From an uncultured Planctomycetota bacterium (lineage in GTDB: Bacteria > Planctomycetota > Brocadiia > CAIUPP01), in assembly GCA_903901045.1 (NCBI GenBank), contig CAIUPP010000108.1, forward strand, positions 3,720 to 67,719: a stretch of 64,000 nucleotides of DNA. The letters are read 5' to 3'. The notes under the pieces were generated by a model. The model was not told the DNA's origin. It searched no databases and was given only the letters and a program-made list of their open reading frames with translations. A program made the translations under genes and the position numbers. The number at the start of each line of letters is the position of its first letter. Position 1 is the stretch's first letter. Shown one piece after another: positions 62,798-64,000 of this stretch.

Positions 62798-64000
62798 ATG
62801 ATGACGAAGACGATTTTCGCGTGCGTGTTAAGCGTTTGCATTCTCTCCGCGGCGCCGCAGGGTGCGCGCGCGGCGGACAACGACCTACCCTTCATCGCGC
62901 CGAAAACGGTCGCCGCCGCGCCGTACACGGTGGAACTGACTCCGGGCGCTGCGGTGAAGATCGCGCTCAAGGGGAACACTTACGTGTTGACCTCCGAGTT
63001 CTCGACGATTCCCGGGTGGGCCAAACTGGAGGAGCAGGCCGCGACGGGATTCAACCCGGTGAAGGTCGCCGGAAGCACCGCGACGGCGGAGACGGCCTCC
63101 TTCACGCTGAAGCGGGAAATCCGCAAGCAGCCGGAATGCGTCGAAGTCTGCGACACCCTCACCAACAAGAGCGGCGAGAATCTTCCCGTTATCATCCGGC
63201 ATCAGGCGCGCCTGCCGGACTTCACCAGCTTCCGCCTCGGCGGACGCAAGATCGCCCTGAAGCGCGCCCAGGCCGCGGAGCCGCAGAACCCCACCACCAT
63301 CGTGCTGACTCCGACGGGTTCCGTAGGGCTCCTGGCGCTCGATGACGCCTTCCGCATCCACGTCCTCAACTATGGACTGAACGGCGTCTTCGGCGTCGCC
63401 GACCAGAACCGCGTGCTCGCCCCCCACGCCTCGACGACGGTGCGCTTCGCCATCTTCCCAAGCGATGTCTCCGATTACTACGCGCAGATCAACGCCATGC
63501 GCCGCTTCCTCGGCGTCAACTTCCGCATCGACGGCGGCTTCGCTTTCGGCGGCGGACGTGTTGATCACGAGAAGAACAACGAGGGGCGCGAACTGCTCAA
63601 CCGCAAGAGTTCGCTGGAGGACTTCAAAACCTTCATCGGCAACAAAGACGCCAAGTTCTGCCCCTCCAGCCGCGTGGAACGCTACAAGGGCAAGTACGCC
63701 GAAGGGCCGGACTGGCTGATGGTGGCGAACGCCGATTTCTACAAAGAGCAGTTTGCCCGGGAGAAAGAAGCCGTTCCATGGGTCCAGACCGCCCTTTACT
63801 TCTCCAACAACTTCTATGCGGCGGAGGACGGCAAGGAGAAATACGCCGAGTGCCGCTTGATGAACCCGGATGGATCGCAGGCGGACTACCGCGACCCGAA
63901 CTACCCGCTCTGGCTGGCGATCGACGGCAATGCGTACGCGAAGGATCTGGAGAAGACGCTTGACTTCATCATGTTTACCGTCGGGACGGACGGCGTCTAC
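62798..64000 (+). CDS. secreted hypothetical protein, partial (runs off the right edge); paralogue of 59314-61401
   Basis: Hand translation shows the frame open from ATG 62798 to the window end; it is absent from the ORF track because there is no stop. Signal peptide MMTKTIFACVLSVCILSAAPQGARA. Confidence 0.65.
   Translation, partial: MMTKTIFACVLSVCILSAAPQGARAADNDLPFIAPKTVAAAPYTVELTPGAAVKIALKGNTYVLTSEFSTIPGWAKLEEQAATGFNPVKVAGSTATAETASFTLKREIRKQPECVEVCDTLTNKSGENLPVIIRHQARLPDFTSFRLGGRKIALKRAQAAEPQNPTTIVLTPTGSVGLLALDDAFRIHVLNYGLNGVFGVADQNRVLAPHASTTVRFAIFPSDVSDYYAQINAMRRFLGVNFRIDGGFAFGGGRVDHEKNNEGRELLNRKSSLEDFKTFIGNKDAKFCPSSRVERYKGKYAEGPDWLMVANADFYKEQFAREKEAVPWVQTALYFSNNFYAAEDGKEKYAECRLMNPDGSQADYRDPNYPLWLAIDGNAYAKDLEKTLDFIMFTVGTDGVY

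Noticed and set aside
61513-62979. 488-aa minus-strand ORF opposite the CBM-like gene
   Set aside because: Low-complexity shadow ORF. The plus frame has a signal peptide and a CBM-like motif.

Overview
GC-rich bacterial chromosomal segment. GGAGG-type Shine-Dalgarno sites, a TTGACA-N17-TATTAT promoter, an OmpR/histidine-kinase pair, a Blc lipoprotein and a prepilin-type DUF1559 protein suggest a PVC-superphylum-like host, but that taxonomy is inference. All family calls come from motifs read by eye; no searches or statistics were run, and GC statements are impressions, not computed.

Positions 1-21.5 kb are a composite integrative island next to the 3' end of tRNA-Ser(GGA) (21466-21555, minus). 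It carries a tyrosine integrase, an excisionase-type HTH, a serine recombinase and a second short tyrosine recombinase.
- Left module (1-8.8 kb): an Orc1/Cdc6-type AAA+ initiator, an AlbA_2/HATPase_c_4 protein, a TnsA/Vsr-like nuclease-fold protein and four tandem small ORFs. It also holds at least 14 copies of a CGAAAG-N2-3-TATAWGG motif resembling an archaeal BRE/TATA. Three pairs of these form inverted-repeat, G-string-flanked boxes that resemble origin recognition boxes.
- Right module (8.8-18.7 kb), the most interesting part: two paralogous FtsK/HerA-type ATPases, one with a C-terminal PD-(D/E)xK-like domain, and an XRE-HTH plus TPR-like regulator.
- The right module also holds a tightly coupled operon (12797-18686). 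It encodes tiny membrane proteins, a protein with RING-like C4C4 cysteine spacing, the ATPase-nuclease, a 73-aa ubiquitin-like candidate, a UBC/E2-like protein and a JAB(JAMM)-E1(ThiF) fusion. It resembles Bil and CBASS Cap2/Cap3 conjugation modules, but I do not recognise this gene context.

The remaining 42 kb is ordinary chromosome:
- a BNR/Asp-box giant secreted protein, TrpB2, an FHA protein, a metallophosphoesterase, a CYTH protein, DUF362/4Fe-4S and MFS transporters;
- a glycolipid/lipid gene group;
- a tRNA 3' fragment next to a lower-GC patch;
- a two-component system followed by an Arn-like aminosugar-lipid modification cluster with AsnB;
- a GntR/LacI-type regulator with a DUF1559 locus and paralogous secreted proteins.

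A 43-nt palindromic REP-like element occurs four times. No rRNA genes or CRISPR arrays were seen.
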